Below are positions 1-13,300 of a stretch of 64,000 nucleotides of DNA, piece by piece. The notes under the pieces were generated by a model, which saw nothing but the letters and a program-made list of their open reading frames with translations, searched no databases and was not told the DNA's origin. Source of the stretch: Azolla caroliniana (lineage: Eukaryota > Plantae > Polypodiophyta); assembly GCA_043228905.1 (NCBI GenBank), contig JBHGNT010000011.1:20894001-20958000 (forward strand), in the 5' to 3' direction. Position 1 is the stretch's first letter. Every line of letters begins with the position of its first letter. The position numbers were made by a program, and so were the translations under genes.

Positions 1-604
1 TCCCATTATCAATTCTCTGCAGTTAGTAGTCAACCCATACGATTAGCCAACAGACAGTTGTGTCGTTAGTTACAAACAAAGGTTTATACCAAGCCCATGG
101 ATTGAACAATACTTTATGTTGGAATTCTGCTAACAGCAATTATCTCACATTTCCTCATGCCTGGAAAACGCTACTTATATGTTGAAATTCTCATCTAACG
201 CTGGTTCACAGTTTGATGCAGGCTTCAATAGGGAAATGGATATAAAACATATACATGATTTCCTGTTTTATAACATCGAAATGCTGTTGTTCAATGGGAT
301 TAACATATAATAGGTAACATGTACTTTTCAACAATATAAATGCTCCAATTGGCATTTCAAAGAGTTTACCCTTTATTTAATCAATAGAATTGAAAAAATC
401 TAAAAAAATACAAGTAAAAACATTCACGTTTATTTAACCAATAAAATTGTTGTAAGAAATTTAGAAAATACAAGGACTATGGGTATTATTAGTGAAATGG
501 TTGCAGCAGAACTGGACTAACTTTTTCCTTGCCCAACAACTAAGTTCCATTGATTCAGAATGGCCCTTTTGTAACAATATAGACTTCTATTAGAAGGGGA
601 GTTA

Positions 605-3600
605 CTACTCTGATTTTGCAGAAATGGAAGATGCACTCATGCTCAGCTCCAAATTTCGATACACATATGAAGGTAGTGATAGGTGTTTATCATCACTCTC
701 GAGGGGTGCATCCCGAGGTTTCATGTTGCGTTTCAGACGTGGGTTGAGGTTTACCCCTTCTTGGAAAGCACCGATTTTACGGAATTTTGCAGCACGATGT
801 TCCAATAATGTATCCGGGTCCATCTTTAAAAGCTCCTACGCATTCATTTCATTCATACACTATATTAGACCCCTTTAAAAATAAAGGTATAGGAAAAACA
901 CCCAAATGACCCCAACTGTAGGGTATGTAGCAGAATACCCCTACATTATTTGAAGATACCATAATATACTTATATGTGGTAAAAAAATCTGTAGCCCAAC
1001 CACGTTGGATATTTACAAGAATATCCCTAGTTACATGAATATACCTATGTTAGAGTAAATTTGATTTAACACAATACCACTGTTTTCAAGCCCTTGCTAG
1101 ACAGTCCTGGATAGTAGTAAATTTAATTGGGTATTTACAAAGAATAGCTATGTTTCAAATATTAGCTAACACATTGGGGTAATAGTAGAGTTTTTATTTG
1201 GTAAGTTTCAAAATCTTCTGGTAAAACAGCAAAAACCTTCTTTAACAAGTTTGGCTGTTTTGATGTAAACGTAACATTAATAAAGGGGACTTGTTGGCCT
1301 AGTAGTTTGAACCCTTTCACCATAATCTATATGTCAAGACCTTGCTTGACTCCATTTGTCAAATATGATTCCCCAATCAACGCCAAATTGAAACAGTGAT
1401 ATACTAAATGTACTTACTCTCATGTGACTCATTATAGCTTCCTTCATAGACTTCGATGTTGTGAAAGGATCGGTATGTGCACCACCAACTGGTTCCTAGA
1501 GCACCAGAAGGAAGGAAGGAAAACAAAGTCAAGACATTATTTATTACTGGTCTATGACCATCAACCAAAGCTTAAAAGATGTCAAACGGATCCTCACAGG
1601 AATAACTTCATCCACTACATTTAACTTCACGAGCTCATGAGCTGTTATTTTCAATGCCTCTGTTGCCTGAAAACAAAACAAAACATGTGCACTTAGCAGA
1701 ATTATAACTAACTTAAAAACGTGTATAAGTTCAGAATATTACTTGTGGAGCACAAGCAGCATTTTTCCATAAAATAGCTGCACAAGCTTCAGGGCTGAAA
1801 AACATTCAACACGAAACTAACTGTGAGACATTAGTTCTTTCCTAAGCAGACAACATCTTATCAATCCTAAGCGAAAACAATTAGTTTAAAACCTAGCAAA
1901 ATAATACAATCTCTATCTAAGAAAAAGCATAGATAATTATAAAAGATTAATAATTGCGTCAATAACTAGCTACATAAAATGAGTTCACTATCCAAGCTAA
2001 ACCTCTTTATCTATTCTAATTTCTAAGCTAAAAGATACAATCGTTAGCTTACAAACCTAGCTACGTAATATACGGAGTTTTCGAGCATAAGCATTTTATT
2101 GCAACAGCCTATCGCGAGCGCACCGCCAGAACCACCCTCACCAATGACAGTTGTGATAATGGGAACTTTAAGACCAAACATCTCCCGAAGATTTCTAGCT
2201 ATTGCCTCACCCTGGAAAGGTAAGGGAAGTAATTAACTATCCAATATGTAATGATCATCAAACCATACCCATATGAAATGTTACATTTTTTAGCCTGTGA
2301 AGTGTACCATTGTGCAACTCTTTTTTTTCATAAAATCCTATATATATATTAAATACTTCCTTTGATAACATGGGGATAGTTTAATTTTCAAGTCTTTTTC
2401 TCATCAACTCAAGTTTCATGTTAAATGTTCCATATATTGATAGCATCTGATGTTTCCTTCTTTGCCTGTTTTGACACATCTGTTGTATTTACTTCCTGAA
2501 TTAAGTATATATTCATACCTGTCCACGTTCTTCGGCTTGAATTCCAGCATAAGCTCCAGGTGTATCTACAAATGTAAGAATTGGGAAACCATGCCGTTCT
2601 GCATTGTACATCATTCTCAAGGCCTTGCGATACCTAGAGATATTTTAATATCATGTCAGCATTAGCTAGAAATGTAATGAAATAAAGTGAGATTTGTTCT
2701 TTTCTATCCATCAATTGACTCAAATTTTCCTATACAGTAATAACGGATATTTGCAATCCAAATTAATTCTTTTACTATCTATATTAAAATATTTTGCAAA
2801 AATAATATCACCAACTACATCAGTTCTATCCATCCATTAAAGTGGTGAAAATATTTATCTTAAAATATCATTTGCATGGACTCGTGCTTTAGATGCATTT
2901 GCAAACCCTTGATAAATAATAAGTACCCATTGGGTGTTGGCATGGCAAAGTTCCGGTGAATGTTTTCCTTTGTATTCCGCCCCTTCTGATGGCCAACAAT
3001 CATGAAGGTCATATCATCAATCTTGCCAATACCTGTAATGAGTGCGGGATCATCATATCCTGCCCGATCTCCATGGAGTTCTAGCCACTGCAAGAACAAT
3101 GTTGTCTTATAGGAAATGCTGTAACAGGAAATAATGTCAATGCAATGCTGACACATGATGATGTTAAGGAAATAAAATATCTCTGAAAGGAAAAATGCAA
3201 CATCTTTTTCTTGTTGTATTATGAAGGCAATTTAATATGGAGTAACTTGCTCCAAATCAAAACCAAATGAATTATGCTCCGCTAATTCAATGTCATCAAT
3301 TATTTTAACCTATAATAATCGTAAATCGTATTGAGAGTGTGCATATCTGCTTAACAACTCTAATAAGTTATTTAACAAATCATATTTGCTGATCTCTGCT
3401 AGATTTTTACTCTTACCAAGCTAAGCTACTCAACCTTACGTTTGAAGAAATAGTATTATCTTGATGTAATTTCATATAGATCATAAAGATGGTTACAAAC
3501 AATAAATTCATTGCGGCTATTGGTAAAACTTCATGAAATAATCTTATATTCAGTAATGGTGAAGCTTCTTAGTATAATCTTACCTTCAGTAAGTGTAAAT

Positions 3601-5631
3601 TAAACATTTGAATACTACTTTGCATAATTCCCAACAGCCTGGCTTAACTATATATGCAATTCCAAAGATAGTTTTATTGTCAATATTACCAAACCTTGTC
3701 CGTAATGTTCAGCACATGGTCTAAACATGTTGGCCTATTAGGATGCCTTGCTACACTTAGCCTTTGTACAGGTGATAGGTGACCGTAAAGATCTTTGATA
3801 ACCTGAACAATGAACATTCATTAAGAGAATCCAATAGCACAAAAGTAAGTTGGTCTATATTATCCAAATGTTTTCGCACCACCTACCTCATCATATTTCT
3901 CTTGTAGTTCACTTAATTGCAAGGAGAAGTCCATTCCTGTCCTATTTGCCAGTTCTCGAACCTGCACACAATCAATATTCTTAAGCAAGAGTCTAATAAA
4001 CTGTTCCTGGGTGAATCATCAGATTTCCATACCTGCATTGCTCTAAACTATGTCAAAGAGTCCAATAATCGCCATAGATTTTTTATATCAAAAAAGTATA
4101 ATATGTCATTTATATAAATATTAATGACCCATTCCTAGACTTTGACACAACGTATCCGATACACAAGTTTATGCCGACATATTTTACAATCAATTATACA
4201 CATGAAGAATACACCGAGAAAGACATGAAAAAATGCACTATCAGATTTTAATGAATACCACCTCAAAAGACTTCATAGGCTTTGCTATATCCAAAAATGT
4301 CATTTGGAAAACACAAATGATGTGTGGAAAAACAAATGCACAAAAGCAAACAAAGAAATCCTAGATTTTGATACCGAGCATGTGAAGAAAATAACTGCAT
4401 GCAATTAAAAAAGGGACACTGTAAGCTCCAGTACACAGAAAGATCTTGTAGATGCTGATATTCATTACGCAAACAAAACCCTGAAATATTTAAAAAATTC
4501 CATGACATCCATAGTACGCACTATTAAACATAAAGAACGAACTAGTTGGATATCCATCACTGGAGAAAGATTGGCTGCATAAAAAATAGTGCAAGTTCAG
4601 TTAAACCTAAGGAAATCTTAGACTTTGGTATGCCACACATTAATGGAACAAAGTCAAACGATACTAAAAAAAATCCATTAAACAGAAAAATTCCAACTTT
4701 ATTCCCAGTAACATCAGAGATATCCATATTTCTCCCACTAAGCTCCATCTGAATAGATGCGGTACATTTTCGTACATATAAATAGAGAAAGATAGAGAGA
4801 GTGTCAGGTTTCTACACAATCAAAGCGATACTCTTTCCATCCAGATAAATATAAAGAGAGAGGGAGAGGGAGAGAAATAGGGAAATACCTCTTGAAAATT
4901 CTTCTGGATGCTAGTCATAAAGAGAAAGAAAGAGTAAGGAATACATCTTGAATTTTTTATGGATATGCACCGGAGTCAGGAACAAATAGAGAGAAAGAAA
5001 GAACGAAATGGAGGGAGGAAGAAGGATTTTACCACTCGAGTTTTCTTCTGCATGTCGGTAAGAGAGAAACAAAAAAAAAAAAAAAAAAGCGGAATATACA
5101 GAAACAAATAGAGAGGAAGTTAGGAAAAAAGAGAGACGGAGATGGATTCGGGCTATTGAATCTTCTTGTGCATGTCTATCAGAAGCAGAAAGAAACAAGC
5201 AAACAAATGGAGAACCGAGTAAGGTAAGGGGAATTGGGAGAGGGAAATATTGGTGGATAGTTTTTTACCTCTTGAATCTTCTTCTGGATATCGATGAGAG
5301 GGAGCTCGAAAGGTAAAGGGAATGGCTTGGGAGGAGAAGGAAGAGGCTTGAACCTCGACATATAAGGCAATGGAGATCCTTCCACTACCCCCCCAGGTCC
5401 CCACTTCTGAGGCCATGGATAGACCAGCTCCTTCTTCTTCTTCTTCAACCGTTTCGACTTCTGTAGCATCGCATCTATACTAACACGGCAGGTTCTTGTG
5501 CTTCTTCCAGCATCTAGAACTCTCTGCACGCTGCTCCTGAGGTTTCTGCTGGATATAGCTGCTGCATTTCTTCCATCTTTCCTGATGATGCTCGAATCCA
5601 GGAGATGTGAAGGCCGAGTGATCGCAGCCAT
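605..5631 (-). CDS. accA: Plastid acetyl-CoA carboxylase carboxyltransferase alpha subunit (alpha-CT/CAC3), 10 exons, 468 aa
   Basis: GT-AG exons read on the minus strand: 5631-5269, 3961-3887, 3802-3695, 3087-2927, 2633-2519, 2211-2057, 1794-1743, 1666-1598, 1495-1418, 835-605. Total 1407 nt, in frame. AccA motifs [82 protein letters not shown]-terminus is Ser/Arg-rich like a transit peptide. Confidence 0.96.
4886..5186 (-). repeat. Four degenerate copies of the accA exon-1 3' end/5' splice donor inside intron 1
   Basis: Exon end (+ strand tacctcttgaatcttcttctggatatcgatgagag, ~5266-5300) recurs at 4886-4909, 4942-4966, 5027-5066 and 5151-5186. Confidence 0.8.
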
Positions 5632-5805
5632 GATGAAGAAGCCGGTGAAGATGAAGATGTTGATGTTGCTGTTTCTGTTTGGCGCAGCAGGCTAGAAGGA
5701 GGTTAGATGAGAAAGATAGAAGAGGGAGGTATTGAAAGAAGGAAGGCGGACTCGGAGGCTATGGCGATGAAGACGGATCTGAAGATTTTCTGATCAGAGG
5801 CTAAT

Positions 5806-5808
<3 letters not shown>

Positions 5809-5852
<44 letters not shown>
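5809..5852. repeat. (GA)22 microsatellite upstream of accA
   Basis: Perfect GA run. Other microsatellites: GA at ~7468-7499 and ~33776-33826, CA at ~16237-16274. Confidence 0.95.
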
Positions 5853-5854
<2 letters not shown>

Positions 5855-6119
5855 AGGGGTGGGAGGGGTCATAGCTATGGAAGAAGAAGAGAGGAGGTAG
5901 GTCGCATGTCCACCATTGATTGCATTGCAATTGCAATTGCTGCTGCTGCTGCTCCTGCTCTGCATGCATGGCCAGAATTGAAACTCTTTTTCCCTTTCTC
6001 TTCTCTCCTTCCATTTCCCACAGACAGACAGACAGACACAGACAGAGAAAGAGAGAGCCAGTCACACGCGATCACACACAGAAAAGCTAAAAGCACCCTC
6101 CCTCACACACGTACACGAG

Positions 6120-6500
6120 GGTTTAATGTTTAAGCTTTAGGGTTTGGGCTGGGGGTTTAGGGTTTAAGGACGGTTAGGGTTAGGGTTAGGGTTAGGGTTA
6201 GGGTTAGCGCTAGACCTTGTGTTTGCGGTGTTCAAGTGTAGAGTTTAATCGTTCAACGTTAAAAGCTTCGGATTTGAGCTAGGGGTTTTGGGTTTAAGCA
6301 CGGTTACGGTTAGGCTTAGATCTTGTGTTTACGGTCTTCAAGTGTAGTGTTTAATAGTTCAAAGTTCAAATTTTGGGATTTGGGCTAGGGTTTAGGAGTT
6401 AGGGGTTAGGGGTTAGGGTTAGGTGTTAAAGATCTTGTGTTAAGCATGTTCGAGTGTAGAGTTTCAATGTTTGGCGTTTGGGGTTATTAAGGTTTAAGAT
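6120..6500. repeat. Interstitial telomere-like array: about three diverged ~120-130 bp units with TTAGGG/TTTAGGG motifs and teloboxes
   Basis: (TTAGGG)5 at 6174-6203; tagggttt at ~6138, ~6158 and ~6386; unit core ga(c/t)cttgtgtt...ttc(a/g)agtgtag repeats at ~6213, ~6319 and ~6431. Confidence 0.85.
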
Positions 6501-7465
6501 TTTCAAGTTTGTGTGTAGGACTTAAGATTTTATTGCGTGTTTGAAGGGCTTTCGTTTTATGGTTTATGACTTTGGGAATTCTAGAGTTTAGATTGGTCGG
6601 TTAAGTTGTCAGAGAATGTCATAGTTCCACGATGAATTGAACTCTTTGATGAGAGAAACCACCTCATGCATCATCGATCACTTACAAAGAGTCTGTTGAG
6701 CTACTAGACTGGAACCAATTGAGGGAGGCACCAAGGATGTCGATGAGAGGAGTAACTGGTTACGACAAATTGCTAATGCCAGCACAATGAGAGAGCAGTA
6801 GATTGCAAAGGATTTTAATGCAGCAAAACTGAAAAAATCTAATGTCCATGGAAATGTAGCCTAGGTTTATGAAGACCATATTGTGGAAGTGGAATCATGA
6901 CATGACAATGACATAAATGTGGTGGTTGGTTCCTAGGGATGAAAAGAAGGTTGAACAAGATATGGTTTAGATTTCATCCTATCGATCCCCAAAACTGGCT
7001 ACCTAACCATAGGAATTGAGACGAACACCATCCCTAATATGAAGCTTATTCTCACCAAGCATCTCGTGTGGAGTAATCATCCATTGAGGTCAATATAGGA
7101 CCTATGAAACCAAAAGTGGAACGTTTTCACACAAATACATGTGGATTTTAGTAGCAATTAGTGATACTCAACAATTTACCTAATGAACATTGCCATTTAG
7201 AGCGCACATTACAATTGTGAGATGAACGTGTGTAGGGAGTGTTCTACATTGACAATGTGAGGAAAGCAAACTTGATTATGGTTCGGAGTGGAGCATTGTA
7301 TTCAAGAGTGATATTGCAATCCCAGGTGTGCCAAAGACAAAACATCATAGTCTACGAGTTCCATTGTTTCATTGTGTCGTGCCATTCTCAAATGGAAGAG
7401 AATGCGAGTTAAGTCATATGAGATTCAAGTGGTGGAGACATCGGAGCAAAGGGGTGCATTCTAGC

Positions 7466-7503
<38 letters not shown>

Positions 7504-8464
7504 GCTCACAATAATGCACAATTTGATTGCAATGCAAATGGAGAGGAGACTATTTCGGTTGTGTGTGTTCATGTTGTCAATCGTGCAAGTATTGTCGTGT
7601 TCAAGGCTATCCAAAATTCTCAATGGCAAGAGGGTAAAATATTCAATGAGACGTATTTTACGTTCTAATTAATACCCATAACAAGAGTATTTTTGGTGCC
7701 AAAAGAGAGTTCTTGTTTTAATTCTTTTCCCGTCAAATAATTAAATTGAAAAAGGTTGCTCGGGGCAACATATTTCTTCGTTCTCTTTACTCGTCGAGAG
7801 GATATCAATGACATGGTTTTTTTTTCTAAAAACTCACAGTTTCTTTCTTTTCCTATCAAAGTGCCCCACTCATTTTGTACTTGATTAATTTTAGAACATC
7901 ATGATCAATAGAATGCACAACGGGTTGATAGAGAAGGGTACACATGGTGATGGGTATGCCATGAACGTAACATGGATGTATTGTGCACATGGGTTATGGA
8001 TTGGCCATGCTTATGAGTTAGTGGATGTATAATGCTAATCTAGATTAGTAATGGAGGGTGTCACACATAAGGATCATGAAAGAAACTTTTTCCAATACCA
8101 ACTCTGAAATAAATGTACACTCCTAAAGGCGCTCACCTTGATATGAAAATCTCATCTCTTGACTTGAGAAACATGACCACCACATGCTTGTCAAATGAAC
8201 ACACTCCCACTTTGTAAACAAAGAAGAAGAAACATAAACCCATTCAAAATTATGATCTAAATGCATGCAACACTTTAATTAATGCATATAAAATTTGTGT
8301 GCTTACTGTACATAATAATGATAGTCAATCATAGGATCAACAAGGTCATATCAAATGCTTTGCTCTATTCACATGAAAGAACAAGTGATCATTGGTCATA
8401 TGTTCAATGCTTTTTTGGAAAGTTCTTGATTACTGCCACGCCACTGATCGTGAGTCATGACTCA

Positions 8465-8662
8465 TGATATAGGAAGTGGAATTGTGAATAGTTGCATGCA
8501 CAACAATAATGTATGGGCATGATTGGGTACTTTCAATGCATTGTAACGAAAACAGATAGTTCTGATATATAGGAAGTGGAATCGTGAATAGTTGCATGCA
8601 CAACAATATTGTATGGGCATGATTGGGTACTTTCAATACATTGTAACAAAAATAGATAGTTA
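8465..8662. repeat. ~100-bp tandem duplication
   Basis: aggaagtggaat(t/c)gtgaatagttgcatgcacaacaat...gatagtt starts at 8471 and again at 8571. Confidence 0.9.
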
Positions 8663-11656
8663 TGATCTTGATGTAAAGGATTGGATGGATATATTCTAAT
8701 ATTCTCGTTGCCTTAAGAGATTAGTAAACATTAACGTTGATATGATACAATTGTCCTAACTTTTCTATTCATTGTCTAATGTTTAAGTTGATAATATATT
8801 TTTTGGTTATGTTTTAAAAGTAGAAACTCTCTTAAAGTGCCAATCACTTTCATGTGTACGAGCCCCAAGAGAACTATCTAGAAAACCACAAATTTTATCC
8901 TTTCACACATTGGATTTGTGCTTGTTTTACGTACACTTTATGCATAAGCAACATGTGATGTCGTGTGTGAATGGAAATGGATGATGTTGTTTCCCATGCA
9001 TGCTAGTACTCAACATGGTGCAAGGATGGGAATGTGGGAAGAAGCCGGTAAGAATGACTGAAACCATAACTTCTTTGCATCAAGTAGGCATTGAGTACTA
9101 GTGACTTAGAATTTAGGTTACAACTAACCCACCAAACATCTTTGAAAACACAATGGATGCTAATTTATGTCTTTCTTTATTATTCATATAAAGGGATCCC
9201 AATGCATGTACAAACATTGTTTGGAACTTGAATAATGCTTTTTGTAATCCGTCACCTAGATTAATATTTCAAGAAAGGCAAGCGATGTTCATAAACTTGA
9301 TTGTTTATTGAAATAACGTTACAATGATGTGGTTATAGATTGTATGGGAACAAGGCAAGATTCACACTAGAACTATCAACCTCGATAGAGAAACAGAAAT
9401 CATTGTGAACCAAAAGAAACCCTTAACTCTACGATTGCATATTCACACAAGGGACACAAACACCTAAACTCATATTCACATCAATTCAGTAGCTAATTAG
9501 GCCAACCCCAACAACTTGCGTTAGTACCTATTTGAGCTTGTGGACAAGTTCTTCCCTAATTTAACTATTTGAAGCCCACAATGTCTTGGAATATTATCTA
9601 ATTAAGGCCAAAAGACTTGCATAAGTAGGTATTAGATGACCATAAACCATTGTTATGAATTAATTTAATGAGCTCTGAAAGCTTGCATGATTAGATATTA
9701 AAACCCCATCAAGAATTCTAAATGCAAAATGAGTTCATTAACTCTTATGAACATTTCATGCTTAGTTTCAACCTTATGAAGCTATCAATCATTGGATCAT
9801 AAAAAAAAGCCTACACTTAATCGACTCTTCAATATAAACACACACTTATATTGGCTAATGACCAATTGTTCATGCAAGGAATTAGTGTGGAAGCCTAAAG
9901 TGTATCATACCAATGAATACACAGAGGCGTCGAGTCATAAATTGCGCGTATTATTATGCCTTACCACTTTTGTTAACCTCAAGCTCACGCAATAAGGCAT
10001 ATGGTATGGTTGCTATTCAACGCCTATCGTCCAATGGTTGTCCGTCCACCTCGTGACCTAGTGAATGGAACCTAAAACCAAATCTCATTGTTGGTTGTGG
10101 TCGTCTAGTGATGTCGCTAGTGGACTTCTTCACCTTTGTTTGTTAGGGTATCATATTGATTATTACAAGTGATCATAGGAACTCAAGCATGGAGTATGGT
10201 GCATCCCAGGGAGGAGAGGGAATCAACCCTTAGTGTGTTGGTGGTAATTGATCGGTATAGGATTGACATGAAAGGTGGCAAAGAAACGTTCAGATTGGAC
10301 ACTGGGTGATAGAGATAACATGTTTGGTAGCAAAACATTGAAATAACACTTGACGTCAAATAGTAGCAAGAGAGATTTGAGATGACAACAATTAGAGAAC
10401 CAAAGTAGACCAATTAAGATAGTTGATGTTACAACATAGTAATCTTAGTATTGTCACTTAACGAATAGCAACAAGAATACTAAGCTAATCCCTCAACTCG
10501 TTCTTTGTATTACATTCTTCTTGAATCCTAATATAGGGGTGCCCTTTGATCATTAGGTGGTTGATTATGATCCTTGTCCTTGATTCCTAATATAATGTAT
10601 ACAATTTCTATTTAATAACCACATGCCTAATTTATCACATTGAAGGTTGGACCTCGGGCTCTTTGTAATTATAGATGACCAAGCCATATTGTGTAATAAT
10701 GACCCGAACCAATAACACCTCTATTTAAATGTGAGGACCATTGATTAGTGTAGGTCATCTGCGACTCACTCCGACAACTTCTCTTATTAAGTGTGGGCAT
10801 TAAATTCTGTGTTTCTGTATTTTCCTAAGTGACTTCACTTCTTTGTATTAAATGCTCCTTTGTCACTTACAACTCATTAGTCCTAACTCATGGGCCACCT
10901 CAATCCTATACTCACAAAAAGTAAAAAGTACACAAATTGATACTTTATAGGAGATTCCTACATGCAGGCTTCAATCTTGTTGGGAACAATTAAGGGTAAA
11001 TAAATTCATTTATCAATGTGAATACCAAAAAGAGCGTGTCATGTGTGGATTTTATTCTTATAAGATTAACACAAATTGACGATAATGGTAAAGATTGCAA
11101 GCATGTTCCACGCGGTTCTAATGCTAGAAATCTTACTCAATAATCTAAATCAACTGCAAGAAAATCAAAATGGTTCTAGCCAATGTATTACGTTTGATAA
11201 GATGGTAAAATAAATGTCGAGCCTAAATGTTGTCAACCATGCATGACCATGTTGAGTTCGAAGACACGGAAAACATATGAAAAGGTACATATACATATAA
11301 CATTTATAGAGTTTCAAGTATCAAACACATTAAAAATAAAAAACAGTTTCTTGCCATTGCACTAGCTGTAAATCTCATAAATTTATCTTCTAAAACATAC
11401 ATATCTCATTTGCATAAGTAAAGTAATTTGTTTCTTTAGGGGACTTTAGTGAACAAAGAGCTCATTATAAAAGTACAAAAAAAAAAAAAAAAACTGTGTC
11501 ATGGCCCAATTGAAATGGCTTTGAAAATGCATTGTGAATTAACTGAGTCAACAAACACAATCGGAAAAAAACTTAATGAGACACAATATTCGCGCTCTTC
11601 TTATGCACAAGAAATTGAGAGATATTTATCGGATCCCTTTACATGAACAATGAATG

Positions 11657-11954
11657 AAGGCATGAATATATCCTTTGCGAGTTTGGTGGATCATAAAGGC
11701 AGTAAATGTATCTTTTTATTTCTTATTTCCAGGACAACATTATAAGCGATTTTCTTTCTCAATTAAATTTGAGGTGCTCATCTGCCCCACCTTTTCATCT
11801 TTTAGAAACTAGTCATACAATATATGGGCCTCTTACTCGTGGATTCAAAAAAGGTATTTCCATGGAAATCGTCACCTTTCTTCACACATGCTAGTGTCAA
11901 AATCTAAGTTGGGGTAGGTTGAGACGGTTATAGATTGAACATTAGTTGTAATTG
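11657..11954 (+). repeat. Host segment present as an inverted copy at 20017-20314 (putative donor of templated insertion)
   Basis: 298 bp, reverse complement of 20017-20314 with 2 mismatches by eye. ORFs 11706..11894(+) and 20077..20265(-) differ by one residue. Confidence 0.95.
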
Positions 11955-12399
11955 CATATAATATAAATAAAATAAACAACAGTTGGGAGATGAAATCAAA
12001 TCTAATTGAGACTACACAAAGTGGAAGTATAAAGAGTTTAATCATATGGAACAAGAACCTAATAGAATTGTGCTTGGCCCATTATGCTATGCATTAAAAT
12101 ACACTATTTTGACACTTTGGCTCATTGTTCTTGGAAGGTCAATGTACTATTGTCACATGATATATGAAGATCAACACATTATTGTCGCACTTGACTTGGC
12201 TCATTATGTTATCAAGGTCAATGCATTATTGTAGTACTTGGTGTGGTGTGTTAAAACGTCACTACACTATTGCATAGTGAGTCAAGATATTATACACACC
12301 GTATAAAAATAACAACCTTAATGATATCTTAGGCCAATGTAGCAACTAGAATGTTAACGATGTTTACATGTGGGGTAAAAAAGTGTGTTCAACGAAGTT

Positions 12400-13300
12400 G
12401 AGGCTCACTTGTAAACTAATACATAAATTGCCTACACAAATTCATTATTTATAACATTGGATAGATAATAGCGTATCTATTTACTCATGTTTTAAGCCCT
12501 AGAGCCTTTGAGGTTTTCACTTGGCATTGCTTTGTTTGTGACCAAATATGTAAGGTTATTGTTTATGATCAAGTATATATTAACGTGCTTGTTAATTCTC
12601 CCAAGCATGGTGTTACAACATTTAATAAGCTTAGTATGTGGAAGAAATGATGCAAAATCTTTAGTATTCCCCATTGCGCTTTCGGTATATTCAAGAGTTT
12701 TAGTTGGGGGGTGTTTATCTCCACAATTGTATACATGAATTACGAAGAAAGGGACCATTTCAATGTCTAGTGTGGCTAGTTTAGTGTCACTAATGTAAAC
12801 CAAAGTTTGAATAATTGAATGCAAGAATGTACAAATGATGGCTCGTTGAAGGATTTGTTTACCTCATTAAGATAGAAAAGAGTATACAAACTTGAGCACC
12901 TTCAATTTTAGTACAATTCACAACTTTGTGAGCACTTTGCGTATAATCTCACAAATCATGCATAGACTTGACAATTCATGAAAGCTTGGGTTCAAGAAGT
13001 GTGTAAGGAACCACATGATTCACGACTATTCCATGCCCTAGGCTAGGTCCATGTGTGCTTCATAAATAGAGAACATTGTGCCTAAGTGATCGACATCATA
13101 ATTCATCATGAGACCTTACACTTCCACTTCTTAAATAGGGAGCATAGTGTTCAAGGGATCAACAACACACTTCCTCATGGGACTTTCCACTTGCACCTAT
13201 CCAAGTTTTGTCGGGTAAATGTATAAATAACTAGATGGGGCCAATAAGTAGACAAATTCTTTCAATGTGTGCTCATTGAAATAGATGAAATCTTAATATT
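12400..13300 (-). pseudogene. Highly degenerate Ty1/copia integrase-region relic
   Basis: ORF 12492..12824 has TMLGRINKHVNIYLIINN, weakly like copia LWGEAVNTAxYLINR. Boundaries are approximate. Confidence 0.3.

Noticed and set aside
1283-1352. tRNA-derived SINE in accA intron 9
   Set aside because: Only a weak A-box (tggcctagtagtt) and a poor B-box; no TSD found.
6650-7660. SWIM zinc-finger/MULE transposase relic
   Set aside because: Only a vague FDCN...VCVHV trace across stops; too decayed to call without a profile search.
10141-10871. Solo LTR (TGTTAG...CTTACA)
   Set aside because: LTR-like composition but no matching TSD or partner.
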